From contig NC_135667.1 in assembly GCF_964188315.1 (NCBI RefSeq), positions 7,936,001 through 8,000,000 on the forward strand: a stretch of DNA of 64,000 bases, written 5' to 3'. Position 1 is the first letter of the stretch, and each line of letters starts with the position of its first letter. This stretch comes from Podarcis muralis (lineage: Eukaryota). Both the position numbers and the translations under genes were made by a program. The notes beneath the pieces are model-generated. The model was not told where the DNA came from, did no database searches, and saw nothing but the letters and a program-made list of their open reading frames with translations. Below are positions 61,801 through 64,000 of the stretch, piece after piece.

Positions 61801-64000
61801 GCAACCAGTATGGGTGTTGTAAAATAGGTTATGTTAGATCTAAATGGAACCCCAGCCACTAATTTGACTGCTGCATTTTGAAGAAATAACTATTTCTAAG
61901 TCATTTTCAAAAAGGGACGCGGGTGGCGCTGTGGGTTAAACCACAGAGCCTAGGACATCTATAACAAAAAACCTGCATTCATATTTTACATTTTTATTTT
62001 ATTTTTGCATTTATAGCACACCTTTTTGTCAAAGGAACACAAGGTAATGCACCCAGTTGGTCCCTGGCCCCTCAGGTTGAATCCTGGTCTCCCAAGGTAT
62101 TAGTCTGACACTCTATGGACAATACTATATTGGTTCTCTTGCCTTAACTATAACCTATTACAAAATTGTTGTAAGATGAAACTACATAAGCAATGTAATC
62201 AAGGAAAAATTTCAGCATATTGACTCCAGTAGGTTTTGATCCCATTCCTAACCACCCTTCTTCTTCTTCAACTAGCTGAACCCATTACTTGAAGGCATTT
62301 TGTTTAATAACTCAGTTGGAGAAGCAATCTTTTTTCAAGATAACAGGGAGAGGAGAGGTGGATTTGACATCACGAACATGGTCACTTTCCCAAACAAATC
62401 CTTCCAGAGAGTCAAAGTTGGAAGGGTGGATGCCAAGTTTCAGGAAGGAAAAGAGTTCATCATTAATACAGACATAATTGTGTGGCACCGGAGATTTAAC
62501 CAGGTTTGGATTCCTGATATGCTTTCAGTTTATGCCTTCTGCCATATTGGTTGGAGATACAAAAATATTCTTGTCTCCCAAAGGACTGGTGTTTGAACAT
62601 AGATCAGATGCAAGATTACTGTCAATATGTACTGTACTGAAATGTCCTCTAGATGGGAAACATTCTTAAGAAAATGTCTAAATAAACAGCTTCTGTTTAT
62701 TTATTAACAGAGGAAAGAAACCATCTTTGCTGTTGTTGTTGGGAGGTTTTCACCATTGGTAACCAAGCCACATTTACACCTTACATTTAAAGCACAATTC
62801 GACCACTTTAATCAAAATGGCTTCCACCTCAAAATCTTAAGTATTGAAGTTTGTTAAGGATGATACTGAGAGTTGTTAGGAGACCCTTATTTTCCCTACT
62901 GAGCTACAATTCCCAGAGTTCCCTTGGAAGAGGGATTGGTTATCAAACTATTCTAAGAAGTGTGGTTCTAAACAATAGACTTCAAAAATAATGCATTATA
63001 TGCTCAGGACTGTTTTGGCACATTGTGGCATGCTTATATTGCATGTACCCTGTTCTGAATTCTTCCATGTTCATCATGTGCTTACAGAGTAAACAGAGAG
63101 ATTGTCAATTTCTCCCATTCTACTAATCTTTTCTTCCCCTTTATGGGCAGGTGATGCCTGTCTCTGTGTGCAGTGACTCCTGCCATCCTGGTTATCAGAA
63201 GAAAAAGAAGGAAGGAGTGAAGTTTTGCTGCTACAGTTGCGCCCTGTGTCCAGAAGGAAAGATTTCCACCCAGAAGGGTAGGTCTCTCTAGATGCTTTCA
63301 GTCCATACATTTGATTACGAGTGAAAATAACCTTTTTTCAGGGGGGCGGGAGCATTTTTTTTTTTAAAAAAAGTTTAGACAATTTTTTTTATTGCACTTT
63401 CTGTTATTCTTCTTTTTGTGGTTTTTAAAAGTGTCCTCAGAAAGGTTTCCATCAATAAAATTATTACAAAAAACTGACTAGAACCTATTCAAATTAAACA
63501 AATTATAGCCTCCCAACCTATGATTATTTCCTATATGCTGCTCAGTGTGACCACACAACCCTCCCCATGGATCTCGGAGCTCAGGCTGGTTGATATGGGG
63601 AGAATCATTCTGAAAAATGACTTGATGTTGGGACAATAGAGGGAGTAGCTCCAAGTATAGTGTCTGAATGCTGGGTGAGAGAGACTTGCCTGGCAGATAG
63701 TGGATTGTTTGGATTATTATTTTATGTTGACTTGTTCTTCATGTTTGTTGAAGGCCTTTTTAGTATTTATTTTAAAAAATAAATGCTGTTTAATAGTATT
63801 ATTTGTAAAACATTTGAGGCATTGTTTCAAAATTAAGTTGTTTGCAGATTTCATATGCAATTTTAGCACTGTTACGATCATTTTTTCTTGCTTCAGACAT
63901 GGATGACTGTTCCAAATGCCCAGGTGATCAGTATGCAAGCAAGGACAGAGATCGGTGCATCCCAAAACTGACAATCTTTCTGTCTTATGAGGACTCCCTA
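56403..64000 (+). CDS. V2R gene 4 (paralogue of gene 2), 3'-incomplete at the window edge
   Basis: Exons 56403-56647, 58844-59135 (292), 59597-60448 (852), 62276-62503 (228), 63151-63277 (127), 63897->64000. No stops or frameshifts in the visible part. An N gap lies in intron 3. Confidence 0.9.
57004..57222. mobile_element. Tigger-like MITE in V2R4 intron 1
   Basis: TA-cagtggtacctctgg...cgaggtaccactg-TA; absent at the matching V2R2 site (about 37150). Confidence 0.88.
58068..58812 (+). mobile_element. L2-clade LINE 3' fragment with (TTA)n tail in V2R4 intron 1
   Basis: CSLGVILDSQLSM...LDYCNMLY..., same family as 43962; tail ends about 31 nt before the exon 2 boundary. Confidence 0.85.
60600..61182 (+). 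mobile_element. L1-clade LINE 3' end in V2R4 intron 3
   Basis: AARILIAKYWKTQDLPTLEEWQMKVMDYMELAEMTGRI...DWKKFKDYL (squamate L1 ORF2 C-terminus) plus 3' UTR running into the gap. Confidence 0.75.
61183..61352. other. Assembly gap (170 N)
   Basis: Run of N. Confidence 1.
61353..61910 (-). mobile_element. Decayed L2-clade LINE fragment
   Basis: Reverse complement resembles the 3' part of the 43962/58068 elements (gagcaccttgaattgggg, ggagttccacagcttaggggctgccacagaaaatgccctctcc). Confidence 0.6.
61914..61956 (+). mobile_element. Isolated Sauria SINE 5' head
   Basis: gggacgcgggtggcgctgtgggttaaaccacagagcctaggac, then truncated. Confidence 0.8.

Overview
Vertebrate genomic DNA, most likely a squamate and probably a lacertid lizard (inferred from Sauria SINEs, squamate CR1/L2/L1/Bov-B fragments and an expanded V2R family). 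Left third: a tandem array of minus-strand SPATA31/FAM75-like genes. One complete copy (exons 22283-22029, 21170-21116 and a 13,154-nt terminal exon 19415-6262 with 4,383 open codons) has an in-exon higher-order repeat (A-B-C-A-B-C-B-C, ~570-bp monomers) and two TGG>TAG stops in exon 1. The first two exons of a paralogue lie at 1594-378, and its large exon should be just left of the window. Right two-thirds: four six-exon vomeronasal type-2 receptor (V2R, class C GPCR) genes. One is on the minus strand and three on the plus strand; three are complete and intact and the fourth runs off the right edge. Genes 2 and 4 are a recent segmental duplicate pair. Between the divergent V2R genes 1 and 2 sits an orphan immunoglobulin VH-like pseudogene ending in a 12-bp-spacer RSS, where a VH normally has a 23-bp spacer. 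Many TE fragments, microsatellites and one 170-N assembly gap. All exon boundaries, phases and difference counts were derived by hand; no database searches were run.
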